A stretch of 64,000 nucleotides of DNA from positions 9,055 to 73,054 of the forward strand of contig DYFC01000017.1 of the NCBI GenBank assembly GCA_020725385.1, read 5' to 3'. This DNA comes from Nitrospira japonica. Its GTDB lineage: Bacteria > Nitrospirota > Thermodesulfovibrionia > Thermodesulfovibrionales > SM23-35. Both the position numbers and the translations under genes were made by a program. Below the pieces are notes generated by a model that worked only from the letters and a program-made list of their open reading frames with translations, made no database searches and was not told the origin of the DNA. Below are positions 1 through 9,084 of the stretch, piece by piece; position 1 is the first letter of the stretch; every line of letters begins with the position of its first letter.

Positions 1-493
1 AAAGTTCTTTCCTACAGTATCATGTGGAATGGATGACCCGAGAGTTGAGATAAAGATTATGGATGGTGCTGATTTTATCAAGAAAATAAAAACTCCTGAA
101 ATTGATGCAATTATTATTGACTCAACTGATATTATTGGTTTTGCAAGAAGTCTTTTTACAAAAGAATTTTTCACTTCAGTAAAAAATTGTCTTACACACG
201 AAGGCATGTTCGTTACGCATACAGAGTCAATGCATTTTCACAAAGATATGGTCATAGAACTCCAGGAAGCATTAAAAGAAGTCTTTCCCCTTGTTGATCT
301 CTATTCAGCACCCATAGCAACATACCCGGGGAACTGGTGGGTATTTGCTGTTGCTACAAACGGAGCATCACCGAGAGAAATTAAACGTAATTTTGATATA
401 AATACTAAGTATTATAGCGATGAAATACATCAACAGGCTTTTATAACAAAAGGATTATATGAGAAATTAATGCAAAGAAAACTGCAATGGTAG
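1..493 (+). CDS. speE: Spermidine synthase (polyamine aminopropyltransferase), C-terminal part; 5' end outside window
   Basis: Frame of ORF 29..493 stays open back to nt 2 (KFFPTVSCG-MDDPRVEI). DAIIIDSTD and YPGNWWVFAVA motifs are typical of SpeE. Confidence 0.85.
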   Translation, partial: KFFPTVSCGMDDPRVEIKIMDGADFIKKIKTPEIDAIIIDSTDIIGFARSLFTKEFFTSVKNCLTHEGMFVTHTESMHFHKDMVIELQEALKEVFPLVDLYSAPIATYPGNWWVFAVATNGASPREIKRNFDINTKYYSDEIHQQAFITKGLYEKLMQRKLQW

Positions 494-521
494 CCTTGAA
501 TAATCTATCCTTATAGATTTA
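482..521. repeat. 40-bp direct repeat copy 1; covers speE stop (CAA TGG TAG) and hairpin aatctat-cctt-atagatt
   Basis: Identical 40-mer ctgcaatggtagccttgaataatctatccttatagattta recurs at 1354..1393. Weaker similarity continues about 40 nt further in both copies. Confidence 0.9.
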
Positions 522-639
522 AAGAGAAAAGTTTAAAATTTTGGTCCGGGATTTTAATTCTTCTTTAAGAATAGCTTTTTATAATGAATGTCTTTTTTCT
601 AAAGTAACTCATGCACTCGTATCAATAAAAGCTCTCATT

Positions 640-975
640 TTATTTCAACTTTATCCATACTTCTGAAAGGAAATTGATTATTTCTTCAACAGTTTTCGGA
701 GTTATTTCACTATGAGTTTCAGGATTTTCAAGAGGATGCAAATGCCAACCTCTTATATTATCATAATCAATTCCCCAGATTCTTTTTCCTCTTTCTATGA
801 GCGCAAAAGCTTTTGTTTCTGTAAACTCATTATAATATATCTGCAAAAAACGATTTTTCTTTAAGAACGCACGGCCTTTTAGAATAAAAGCTTCGCTTTG
901 GATGTCAACTTTTTCAACAAAATCTAATCTGGATAGATTTTCAAGTAGTAGAACGAGAAATTGAGTTATGTCCAC
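640..975 (-). CDS. DUF6516/TumE-like toxin-antitoxin family protein
   Basis: 111 aa. The C-terminal pattern WGIDYDNIRGWHLHP...H resembles the conserved (R)YDN..H..HxH core of the TumE/DUF6516 family. Overlaps the upstream small gene by 10 nt. Confidence 0.55.
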   Translation of the reverse strand: MDITQFLVLLLENLSRLDFVEKVDIQSEAFILKGRAFLKKNRFLQIYYNEFTETKAFALIERGKRIWGIDYDNIRGWHLHPLENPETHSEITPKTVEEIINFLSEVWIKLK

Positions 976-1283
976 TGTTCTTTGATTTCGTCATAGTGTT
1001 TTTTTAAACTAACAGCTTCTTCCCATTCCCAAAAATCCTGCTCGGTGTCAAAAGAATATATATCTGCTCTCAGCGTTTTGTCTTTAATATGTTTTTTGAA
1101 TTCTTCAAAAGACATATTCCATTTTTTTTCGAATCCTTCGATAGTTTGTTGTAATTTCTTTAACTTCAACTCTAAATATTCGGAAAAAATTTTATTTAAT
1201 GCATCCTCTATGTCTTTTGAATGTGTTGTTTTAACTAGAACTTCCCCCAATTTAGGTGACACTACAGGCATATTAACCTCCAT
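966..1283 (-). CDS. Hypothetical small acidic protein, putative partner of the TumE-like gene
   Basis: 105 aa, helical/charged composition, overlapping stop/start with 640..975. No recognisable DNA-binding motif. Confidence 0.4.
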   Translation of the reverse strand: MEVNMPVVSPKLGEVLVKTTHSKDIEDALNKIFSEYLELKLKKLQQTIEGFEKKWNMSFEEFKKHIKDKTLRADIYSFDTEQDFWEWEEAVSLKKHYDEIKEQWT

Positions 1284-1353
1284 TAGAAGTAGAATTCTAT
1301 AATTATTATAGCAAATCTAATAGATAAAGACCTTGACTTTTATTTTATCTTCC

Positions 1354-1393
1354 CTGCAATGGTAGCCTTGAATAATCTATCCTTATAGATTTA
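1354..1393. repeat. 40-bp direct repeat copy 2 (duplicate of the speE 3' end)
   Basis: Perfect match to 482..521; lies on the far side of the two-gene TA cassette 640..1283. Confidence 0.9.
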
Positions 1394-1459
1394 TAATAAA
1401 AAAGTTGAAAATCTTTGGTCTGCGGTTTTAAATCACAAAAATTATGGAGGTGTATTATA

Positions 1460-1750
1460 ATGCCTATCTACGAGTACGAGTGCATGAACTGCGGAAAGTA
1501 TTGTGAAATAATTCAGAAATTCAATGACGAACCTTTGGAGACATGTCCCGAGTGCGGCGGACATATGCACAAACTTATATCACAATCTACCTTTGTACTT
1601 AAAGGTTCCGGATGGTATGTTACTGATTATGCATCTCCTGAAAGAAAAAAGGCGATGGAATCTGATGGAACCTTACCGAAAGACTCAAAGCCCTCAAATG
1701 GTGATAAAAAGAAAGAAAATATCAAGACCGAAACCGCTATAAAGAATTAA
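1460..1750 (+). CDS. FmdB-family zinc-ribbon protein
   Basis: [12 protein letters not shown]...CPECGG motif. GGAGG at 1446..1450 precedes ATG 1460, so the track start at 1415 is probably too far upstream. Confidence 0.8.
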   Translation: MPIYEYECMNCGKYCEIIQKFNDEPLETCPECGGHMHKLISQSTFVLKGSGWYVTDYASPERKKAMESDGTLPKDSKPSNGDKKKENIKTETAIKN

Positions 1751-2502
1751 TGATAGCTCCACATATTCATATGCCCTATCACAGGATAGGGCATTATTTA
1801 TCTTTTATAATTGAACATAAAATAAATCTTGAGTTATATTTTTCATCCAATATACTTGATGAAACAAATATCTCCGAAATCGGGAAAATTTTAGAAAATC
1901 TATCATACAACCCTTCTTTTACCATACATGCACCATTTATGGATTTATCTCCGGGTGCGGTTGATTCCAGAGTAAGGGCTGTGACAATAGAAAGATTCAA
2001 TCAGGTATTTTCATTTGCAGAAATAATAAAACCGAAAGCGATTATATTTCATTCGGGTTACGAAAAATGGAAATACGCTCTTAAAGTTGATGTATGGCTC
2101 GAAAATAGTTTAAAGACATGGGAAGAGTTCATAAAAAGAGCAAAGGAAATAAATACAAAAATAGCCATTGAAAATATATTTGAGGATAATCCTGATAATC
2201 TAAGGCTCTTAATGGAAAAGCTCGCTTCAGAATATTTCGGACTGTGTTTTGATACAGGCCATTTTAATTTATTTTCAAAAACCACATTAAAAGACTGGCT
2301 TAATCAAACAAAAGATTATATCTTTGAACTCCATCTCCATGACAATAATAGAACCTCTGATGCACATCTTGCTATCGGTGAAGGGAATTTTGATTTTGAT
2401 ACGCTTTTTTCGGAATTAAAAGGAAAGAATATTATTTACACAATCGAAGGGCACACCGAACAAGATGTTCTAAAAAGCCTCGAAAGATTAGAGTATATTT
2501 AA
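1750..2502 (+). CDS. Sugar phosphate isomerase/epimerase-like TIM-barrel protein (xylose isomerase-like / AP endonuclease 2 fold)
   Basis: 250 aa with HAPF...D, IIFHSGY, IAIEN and HLHDN metal-ligand-like motifs. Its ATG overlaps the FmdB stop (TAATG). Confidence 0.65.
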   Translation: MIAPHIHMPYHRIGHYLSFIIEHKINLELYFSSNILDETNISEIGKILENLSYNPSFTIHAPFMDLSPGAVDSRVRAVTIERFNQVFSFAEIIKPKAIIFHSGYEKWKYALKVDVWLENSLKTWEEFIKRAKEINTKIAIENIFEDNPDNLRLLMEKLASEYFGLCFDTGHFNLFSKTTLKDWLNQTKDYIFELHLHDNNRTSDAHLAIGEGNFDFDTLFSELKGKNIIYTIEGHTEQDVLKSLERLEYI

Positions 2503-5500
2503 TCCTGCAGAATACCTTCTGTCTTTTTTATAAGACTCAGGATTTCATTGTCATAGGGGTCTATCTTTAGATATGTTTCAAAAAGTCTGCGGGCTTTGGT
2601 TATATCTCCGGCATTTAGTAACATCTGACTGTATGGCAAGACAACCGAACGATTAAATCGGGATGCCTTCAATGCTTCAATAAAATATTCTTCAGCAATT
2701 TTGTAATTTCCTTCTTCCCAGTATATTAATGCAAGGTTCGATAAAAAAACGTAATTCATAGGCCAAAGTCTTACAAGGTCAAGAAGAATTGCTTTTCCCC
2801 TTGCTATATTGCCTGATTTTACATTTACCTCTGCCTGCATATAATTCAGATCAGGAGAATCAGGATACCTGTTAACTGCATTAACCAACAATTCATTTGC
2901 TTTTTTGAGCTCTCCACTTTCAATGATACTCTGTATCTTATCAATCTCCAGGTTTATCTTTACATGTCTTTGTCTTTCTGCTTCTTCTATCCTTAAGTAC
3001 AAATCTTCATATTGCTCTGAAATTTTCTTTATATCAAACATCTCACAAACTCTCTGCCTTGCGCTCTTACCGAATTGCTCCCTTAAATCAGGTGAAAAAG
3101 CTAATCCGGTCAGAGAACTAATCAATGCATCGGTGTCCTTTGTTTCTACAACCAGTCCCTCAATTCCATCCCGGATAATTTCAGGCACTCCTCCGGTTGC
3201 AAATGATACAACAGGCAAACCGCAGGACATTGCCTCAAGAACAGCAAGAGGACAATTCTCTGCCAGGGATGTAAAAAGAAATATATCCAGTGATGAATAA
3301 AGCTTTGCAAGTTCTTTTTCGTCATTTACAGGTGGTATATTCCTGACATATGGCATCCCTGAATCTCCAGATGCTCCAATATTTAGGAACTCACAATCAG
3401 GAAAACTTTCCCTCATCTTCTCCATTGCTTTTAGTACATATTCTCCACCCTTGAAAGTGCTCATCAAAACCCCGCCATTAGAAATGTTACCAAAAAGAAG
3501 TTTATCGGCAGGCAGTCCAAATTCCTTTCGCGCTTTGTCTTTCGGATAAGGTCTGAAGACTTCTGTGTCAACACCATTATATATAAGCTCTATCTGCTGG
3601 TTACCGAGTATGCTCTTTTCAACTTTGTCTTTCAACCACTTAGACGGTACTACTATATAAAGCCTTGAATGTTCATAAATGAATTTCTTATCCTTCCATA
3701 ACTCTGAAGTCGAATCAACTGCAAGTCCGGGATATATCGTAAGATCAGGACAATTACCGCATCCTGTCTGCCATTTTTCACACTCAAAAGAATGTGCGCA
3801 ATGCCCTGTAAATGACTGCATGTCATGTAATGTCCAGACCACCGGTTTAAAATGAGAAAGCGATGAGATTGCAAAGGGACTGAAATAACCTCCGTGAAGA
3901 TTGTGAAAATGTACTATATCAGAAGATTGTATTAATGGATGATTTACCAGTTCATAACTCTTTTGGAATTCATAGTCAAGCCATCCCTCCCTATAACAAC
4001 TCTCGTGTAACGCTGCATCGACCTCATATGGAATTGAAACAGAATGATCCGAATTGCTCCATTTGTTCTTAACCAGCATTTTCGAAGAATGCCCCTTGAG
4101 CCTTTGAGTCTCGGATAATCTCCATGCTACCTTAGCAGCCCCACCTGCTATGTCATCTGTGTTGATATGGACGATGGAAAGACGCTTTTGGGGCGGTGAG
4201 TCATATAGCCCATAAATCATGCCGTTACTATCAAGTTCTGTTTCAACTGGTATTCTACAAAGTAGTGACCGAGGCTGGTTAACAGGTTCATTATTGGATA
4301 TTTTAGATAACATTTTTTCAGCCCATTTAATAGTTTTTAGACTGTACAAATTCGGGTGGTTTAGAACTATTTGGGCTTTCAATTCAATGTCATGTTTATA
4401 CGCATTAGTAAGCATGCTATCGCCTTTGATTCTGTACATAAATAAAAGTTTAGGAACTCTTTTTCCAAAAAAGCCTTTCTCACCACATGCAATCCAGAAA
4501 TCCCAATCCTCATATCCCCAGAGCATCTTAGTGTTATAACCGCCTACAGCTTCCCATGCTTTTCTTCTGAATAAAGAGCAATAATTTAGTATGTTAATTA
4601 AAGAGAGTCTTTTGAGATCATACTCTCCTGTTGGGTATGTATCATTAACCGAGCCAAATCTTATCGTATCTGTATATGCGATAGCAATTTCCGGGTTATT
4701 TTCAAGTAAATCTACTGTATTTTCGAGCATCTCGGGAAGTATTTTGTCATCGGCATCTAAAGGAAGTATATATTTTCCCCGAGAATTTTTAATGCCAAAA
4801 TTCCTTGCGTCAGCAAGTCCGCCATTTTGCTTTTCAGCAAGGATAATTTTCTTGTCAGGATATTTTGAAATTAATTCCCTCGCAACTTCGCTTGTATTAT
4901 CGGGACTCCCATCATTTACTATAATACATTCCCAATCTTGAAATGTCTGATTTACAACACTTTCAACAGCTTCATTTAAAAAATGAGCCTGATTGTAACA
5001 CGGAATTACTATAGAAACCATTGGAGGCCGGTATTCATCAATTTTTATAGGCTCTATAAATTTAAACCTAACTTCCTGATGACAGGCATTAGGGATGAAA
5101 TTAATATATTCATTTATGTCAATTCTCTTTCCCTCAGAAAATATTGCAGCGAGGTTATCGGTAGTATATTTGGTATCTTTATTTGCCCTGTTTTTCCATT
5201 CTGTCTGAACAATATTCATAGGAGCAGAGAAAGCGACAGATTCTTCAAAGCATAAAATCTCGGGGAAATCGGATTGGAAATAAGATTTGTTGCTTGCCAT
5301 AATATATTCAAGAGTGTTTGGATTTTTAAATTCCAGTTTAGCTATAAAGGGTATTATGTCTTCTGCTCTGTATAAAGAACTTGAAACTTCTAATGGATAA
5401 CCAAAATCATGCTCTGCCTTTGTCCAGTCATATTTGAAAAGATTTTTACCAATACTCTGAAGATCCGGAACTCTCTGCGCCTTGTCAAGAGAATAACAAT

Positions 5501-5876
5501 AAATAGTGTTACTTCCCAATCTCAATGAAACACCAATTGCACGGGGTTGCTCTGAAAAACTTTCAATAGTATTTCTTAAACTAAAATCTCTTATAAAAAT
5601 GGTATCATCAACCAGAAAAAGAACATAATCAAAAGGTGCAATCAAGGCAATAACATCTAACCTGAAATTTTCTTCTTTGATGAATTGAATAAAGGGATAT
5701 TTTTGATAGTCATTCTTTAATGCTTCATACTGTATCGCGTGTAAATCAGATGAAGTCTTAAATAATACTCTTGTTTCGAATTCATCTGCGTCTTTACAGT
5801 GAAGCAGAAAAGAACGGATTGTAGCATCAAGCTGTAAAGCACGGTCTTTAGAAAATATAAGAACTATACAACTCAT
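2499..5876 (-). CDS. Multidomain glycosyltransferase: N-terminal GT-A-like domain + GT2 + GT4 (GT-B) + C-terminal TPR repeats
   Basis: 1125 aa. aa 1-280 is a GT-A-like region (LFLVDD). aa ~286-510 is GT2 (VSIVIPCYNQ..FL..AV.S...QT; NDGSPDNT; PLDADD). aa ~565-930 is GT4 (GGAAKVA..., E..P....EAMSCGLPVV). aa ~960-1125 has TPR-like repeats. Confidence 0.85.
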   Translation of the reverse strand: MSCIVLIFSKDRALQLDATIRSFLLHCKDADEFETRVLFKTSSDLHAIQYEALKNDYQKYPFIQFIKEENFRLDVIALIAPFDYVLFLVDDTIFIRDFSLRNTIESFSEQPRAIGVSLRLGSNTIYCYSLDKAQRVPDLQSIGKNLFKYDWTKAEHDFGYPLEVSSSLYRAEDIIPFIAKLEFKNPNTLEYIMASNKSYFQSDFPEILCFEESVAFSAPMNIVQTEWKNRANKDTKYTTDNLAAIFSEGKRIDINEYINFIPNACHQEVRFKFIEPIKIDEYRPPMVSIVIPCYNQAHFLNEAVESVVNQTFQDWECIIVNDGSPDNTSEVARELISKYPDKKIILAEKQNGGLADARNFGIKNSRGKYILPLDADDKILPEMLENTVDLLENNPEIAIAYTDTIRFGSVNDTYPTGEYDLKRLSLINILNYCSLFRRKAWEAVGGYNTKMLWGYEDWDFWIACGEKGFFGKRVPKLLFMYRIKGDSMLTNAYKHDIELKAQIVLNHPNLYSLKTIKWAEKMLSKISNNEPVNQPRSLLCRIPVETELDSNGMIYGLYDSPPQKRLSIVHINTDDIAGGAAKVAWRLSETQRLKGHSSKMLVKNKWSNSDHSVSIPYEVDAALHESCYREGWLDYEFQKSYELVNHPLIQSSDIVHFHNLHGGYFSPFAISSLSHFKPVVWTLHDMQSFTGHCAHSFECEKWQTGCGNCPDLTIYPGLAVDSTSELWKDKKFIYEHSRLYIVVPSKWLKDKVEKSILGNQQIELIYNGVDTEVFRPYPKDKARKEFGLPADKLLFGNISNGGVLMSTFKGGEYVLKAMEKMRESFPDCEFLNIGASGDSGMPYVRNIPPVNDEKELAKLYSSLDIFLFTSLAENCPLAVLEAMSCGLPVVSFATGGVPEIIRDGIEGLVVETKDTDALISSLTGLAFSPDLREQFGKSARQRVCEMFDIKKISEQYEDLYLRIEEAERQRHVKINLEIDKIQSIIESGELKKANELLVNAVNRYPDSPDLNYMQAEVNVKSGNIARGKAILLDLVRLWPMNYVFLSNLALIYWEEGNYKIAEEYFIEALKASRFNRSVVLPYSQMLLNAGDITKARRLFETYLKIDPYDNEILSLIKKTEGILQD

Positions 5877-6307
5877 TTTTTCGAATACTTTTCAAAAGGA
5901 TTTTCTATAAGTATGCCTTCAATAATTTGTCCAGCGTTCAGGTCTTCGGTAAATATTTTATCAACCTTTGCCTCATATGCTGCAACAACTACCAAAGCGT
6001 CCCAGAAAGAGATGCGATATTTTTCCTCAATTTCGGATGCTCTTATAATAGACATCGGATGGTTTTCTTTAATATCCCAACTTAAATATGCCCTGATTAT
6101 TTCCCTTGCTTCTAAAGGTGAGATAGGCGATAGAATCTTTTTTGTTACATTAATATAAAATTCTTGCAATATCTGTGTGCTTAATACACCATTCCTCTTT
6201 TCCCACAGATCTTTTACAATTTGAAGTGCAATAGTGTGTTTCATACCCGCATCAAGATCATGTGCATAAATAAGGATATTTGTATCAAGAAAGATTTTAT
6301 CGCTCAT
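5873..6307 (-). CDS. vapC: PIN-domain ribonuclease toxin (VapC-like)
   Basis: FLDTNILIYA N-terminal acidic motif plus a later D/E (FTEDLN). Stop overlaps the glycosyltransferase ATG by 4 nt; start overlaps the antitoxin gene. Confidence 0.8.
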   Translation of the reverse strand: MSDKIFLDTNILIYAHDLDAGMKHTIALQIVKDLWEKRNGVLSTQILQEFYINVTKKILSPISPLEAREIIRAYLSWDIKENHPMSIIRASEIEEKYRISFWDALVVVAAYEAKVDKIFTEDLNAGQIIEGILIENPFEKYSKK

Positions 6308-6542
6308 GAATCTCTTCTCTTGAGCAAGTTATCTTGCCACCCATATGAAAACCTTTATCCAATATGGATAGTGCCTTCTTTTTGGAAATCGCATAAGATT
6401 CTTCTTGATTGATAATTTCTTTTAAAAAATCACTTAAGAGCCGGCTCAATGATGTGTCTCTTTTAGATGCAATAACTTTGCCTTTTTTTATCAAATCTTT
6501 TTCTAAACTCAAAGTAATATTTTGTTTCATTCTTATTTTCAT
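6297..6542 (-). CDS. vapB: VapB-type antitoxin (small, N-terminal ribbon-like DNA-binding segment)
   Basis: 81 aa, directly upstream of and overlapping the PIN gene by 11 nt. ITLSLEKDLIKKGK resembles the start of ribbon-helix-helix/DUF6364-type antitoxins. Confidence 0.6.
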   Translation of the reverse strand: MKIRMKQNITLSLEKDLIKKGKVIASKRDTSLSRLLSDFLKEIINQEESYAISKKKALSILDKGFHMGGKITCSREEIHER

Positions 6543-6568
6543 ACGCTATAAAATTTGTGGTTGATTTT

Positions 6569-6597
6569 AAATTAACACGTAATTTACGTGTTGTCAA
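6569..6597 (-). promoter_or_regulatory. Putative sigma70-type promoter with palindromic operator for vapBC
   Basis: Minus-strand reading gives TTGACA (6597..6592), a 17-nt spacer, then TAATTT (6574..6569). The spacer is filled by the perfect inverted repeat aacacgt-aattt-acgtgtt (6574..6592). Confidence 0.45.
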
Positions 6598-6673
6598 TAT
6601 AACATCTTCGAACGGTTATTATTAAAATATCCAGTTTTTATAATTAATGCTATCTGTAAGAGATAAAGAACTC

Positions 6674-9061
6674 TTAATCTTTCTTTAATTTTTCCAATAA
6701 TTTCTTAGCGTTATTATTTTCAGGATCAAGTGTTAAAGCTGCAATTAAAAGATTCTGTGCTTTTTTATAATTTGAATTTTCTATTTCAATCTCTGCAAGA
6801 TTAATAAAAGATGGAACATGCCTGAAATCTTTCTGTAACCTTCTACTTAGCATTAAACTTTTTTCATTTCTTTTTGAAGAAGAAATAGGTTTGACCATTT
6901 CAACATGGTAACCTACTGTAAACTGATCAATAAAACATTTGTCATCTAATTCGAAAAGATAACGAGGTAATATCTCGTTAAATAGTTTGTAAATAAATTC
7001 AGCATATTCATGGTGTAAATGCTTATGTTTTTCAAATGTCCAAGCTACACGTGCGCATTCTTGAGAAAGCAACTTAAAAAAACCACCATTTGGTACGATT
7101 TCTATAATCTGTAAATTGAATTTATTCGCTATAAATTTATACCATTCTGGGGTAAATCCACCATAATAATGATAAGGAAGTTGGTGTAATCCGGAACCAA
7201 GTGGAGCTGTGAGCAATAGATGTCCATCTGGTTTTAATATACGTACAATTTCTCCAATCGCTTTAATTGGCTCGGGAACATGTTCAAGAACTTCGGTGCA
7301 AAGAATAACGTCAAAGTAATTATCTGGCACAGGAATATTAGTAATATCAGATTCAAAATCTATTGCTCCATATTCTGTTGTGCCACCGAGTTTTTCCCCA
7401 GTATATTTTTTAAAATCATGTGTTTTGTAATCACAGTGAACAAAATATGACCTATAAGGGCATGTTCCAGCACCAACATCTAATACACGTGCACCTTTAG
7501 GAATAGTTTTAGCTTTTTTCTGAACCCAATAGTCGCGATATAATTGATTAAACCCGTGAATTTCTGAAAGTGTTCTTTGATTTTTAGAGGAAAAACAAAT
7601 TGAGTCTAAAATTGAGTTATTTTGAAGGTAACTAAAAGCCTTCGGGGAATTTATAACATTATGTTGTTTGTTAAACATATCCCGGAGTTGTTTTTTCCAT
7701 ATTTCAAAAGAAGCTTTTTCATTAATTGATACAGTGCTTTCTAAAAGCAATTCGTCAGCGACTCGAAGGAGTTCATTAAAAGATAAAGTACGAGATTTAA
7801 ATGCAACTGCCTGTACATTTGATAAAAAAGGTTCTTTTTGCCATTGTGTTGTTTTTATATCGACTGGGTCAAATCCAAACTTAGTTAGCGTATGTTTGAA
7901 TCTATCAGAAAACCAATTGTCTAAATGAAAAGCCCACTCCGCGGTCTGGTCACCTGTTAAGTGACGGATAGCAGCTATTTTGAAACGCCACGGAGCATCT
8001 GAGATTATCATTTTTGCACTTCCAACAAAATCAGGTGTTTCGATACAAAGTTTTCCTCCAATTTTTAACCATTGATGCCATTTTATTAATAAATAAAGTG
8101 CAGTTACCCTGCTAAAATGTTCGAAGACATGATGTAAACGAATCTCGTCTACCGAGTCGGATGGAAAACCAAGGGTAAGAATATCAGCATAAATATCAGC
8201 CTTGACTTCCATCACGTTATGTTCTGATGGTGGAAAATCAATATTTACATAACCTTCAAGATACTGTTCTCCGCAACCGAGATGAAGACGAAGAGGTTGG
8301 TTTTCAGACCAGAGACCTTTTTGTCGTATTATATCGTATAAATTAATTTCCTGTTTTTCTACTAAATTTATTTCATTATCATTATCATGCTTTTTATACA
8401 TATCTGAATCTCTTGTGTAAATATCTCCCCATAATAAATCATTATTTAGACTTTCTTTTTCTATATAATTGAAGAGGATATCTTTACTAACCCATTTAGA
8501 AAAATTAAAGTTATTATTTTCTCCAAATGCAACATTGAATTCACTATATCCAATATCTTGAAGATATTGGATACATTTTTTAGCATCGTCCAAAAATTCG
8601 ATGGTAAATTCGAAAGATAAGAATGGAATTTTTTTTGATAAACCCCTTAGTACTTCATATTCAAATCCTTCAACATCAATTTTGCAATATTTTGGAACTC
8701 CATATTGTTGTATTACTTCATCCAATGTGGTTACTTCTACTTCTATTTGTTGATCCCATTCATAATTAGAAAATCTACCTTTTTTCCACCTATTTGATAA
8801 GGAAGAAATTGTAGGGGCAACGCTACAAATAGAAAGTAACATTTTGCCAGATTTTGCAGCAATACCTTTCCCGATAATAATTACATTTACATTATTGTTA
8901 AACCTTTTATGTAATTCTTTAACACAACTTGGTTGTGGCTCAATACATATAACTTTTGCACCTTTTTGAAGAAATTTATCAGCTTTACTACCAATATGTG
9001 CTCCTATATCAAATACTAAATCACCTTCTGAAATAAATAATTCTTCTAAAATTGTGCCCAT
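6674..9061 (-). CDS. Triple methyltransferase fusion: FkbM-family MTase + two class I SAM-dependent MTase domains + C-terminal TPR-like tail
   Basis: 795 aa. N-terminus has VFDIGAHIG...CIEP...KIDVEGFE (FkbM). The middle has LHLGCG...FEH..R (class I MTase). The third domain has VLDVGAG...VLEHV..P...I.RILKPGG. Confidence 0.8.
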   Translation of the reverse strand: MGTILEELFISEGDLVFDIGAHIGSKADKFLQKGAKVICIEPQPSCVKELHKRFNNNVNVIIIGKGIAAKSGKMLLSICSVAPTISSLSNRWKKGRFSNYEWDQQIEVEVTTLDEVIQQYGVPKYCKIDVEGFEYEVLRGLSKKIPFLSFEFTIEFLDDAKKCIQYLQDIGYSEFNVAFGENNNFNFSKWVSKDILFNYIEKESLNNDLLWGDIYTRDSDMYKKHDNDNEINLVEKQEINLYDIIRQKGLWSENQPLRLHLGCGEQYLEGYVNIDFPPSEHNVMEVKADIYADILTLGFPSDSVDEIRLHHVFEHFSRVTALYLLIKWHQWLKIGGKLCIETPDFVGSAKMIISDAPWRFKIAAIRHLTGDQTAEWAFHLDNWFSDRFKHTLTKFGFDPVDIKTTQWQKEPFLSNVQAVAFKSRTLSFNELLRVADELLLESTVSINEKASFEIWKKQLRDMFNKQHNVINSPKAFSYLQNNSILDSICFSSKNQRTLSEIHGFNQLYRDYWVQKKAKTIPKGARVLDVGAGTCPYRSYFVHCDYKTHDFKKYTGEKLGGTTEYGAIDFESDITNIPVPDNYFDVILCTEVLEHVPEPIKAIGEIVRILKPDGHLLLTAPLGSGLHQLPYHYYGGFTPEWYKFIANKFNLQIIEIVPNGGFFKLLSQECARVAWTFEKHKHLHHEYAEFIYKLFNEILPRYLFELDDKCFIDQFTVGYHVEMVKPISSSKRNEKSLMLSRRLQKDFRHVPSFINLAEIEIENSNYKKAQNLLIAALTLDPENNNAKKLLEKLKKD

Positions 9062-9084
9062 TATTTACCTGGTTCTTCTCCAAA

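Noticed and set aside
1415-1459. Long 5' extensions of track ORFs (1415 for fmdB, 15434 for lysC, 28535 for btuB, 34661 for the Dph6-like gene, 45109 for surE, 55123 for the NagA-like gene, 58984/59780/60600/61474 for the mla genes)
   Set aside because: In each case an internal ATG with a better-placed GGAGG-type SD, or a homolog-consistent N-terminus, exists. The extensions overlap upstream genes or encode low-complexity sequence.
1750-2502. Assignment of the TIM-barrel protein as the cobamide-remodelling phosphodiesterase CbiR
   Set aside because: CbiR belongs to the same AP endonuclease 2 / xylose-isomerase-like superfamily, and this organism clearly salvages corrinoids. However, the gene is 26 kb from the cob/btu operon with no riboswitch, and I cannot verify family membership without an HMM search. 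The generic call was kept.
2905-5255. Antisense ORFs inside the 1125-aa glycosyltransferase gene (2905..3300, 4219..4539, 4591..4941, 4983..5255, 3653..3874). Similar shadow ORFs lie within other long genes (for example 16225..16659, 22962..23441, 27904..28275, 57718..58278, 60929..61324, 9206..9751, 30353..30661).
   Set aside because: Each is fully contained in a well-supported gene on the opposite strand or in another frame. They show the S/F/L/I-rich composition typical of antisense reading of AT-rich coding DNA.
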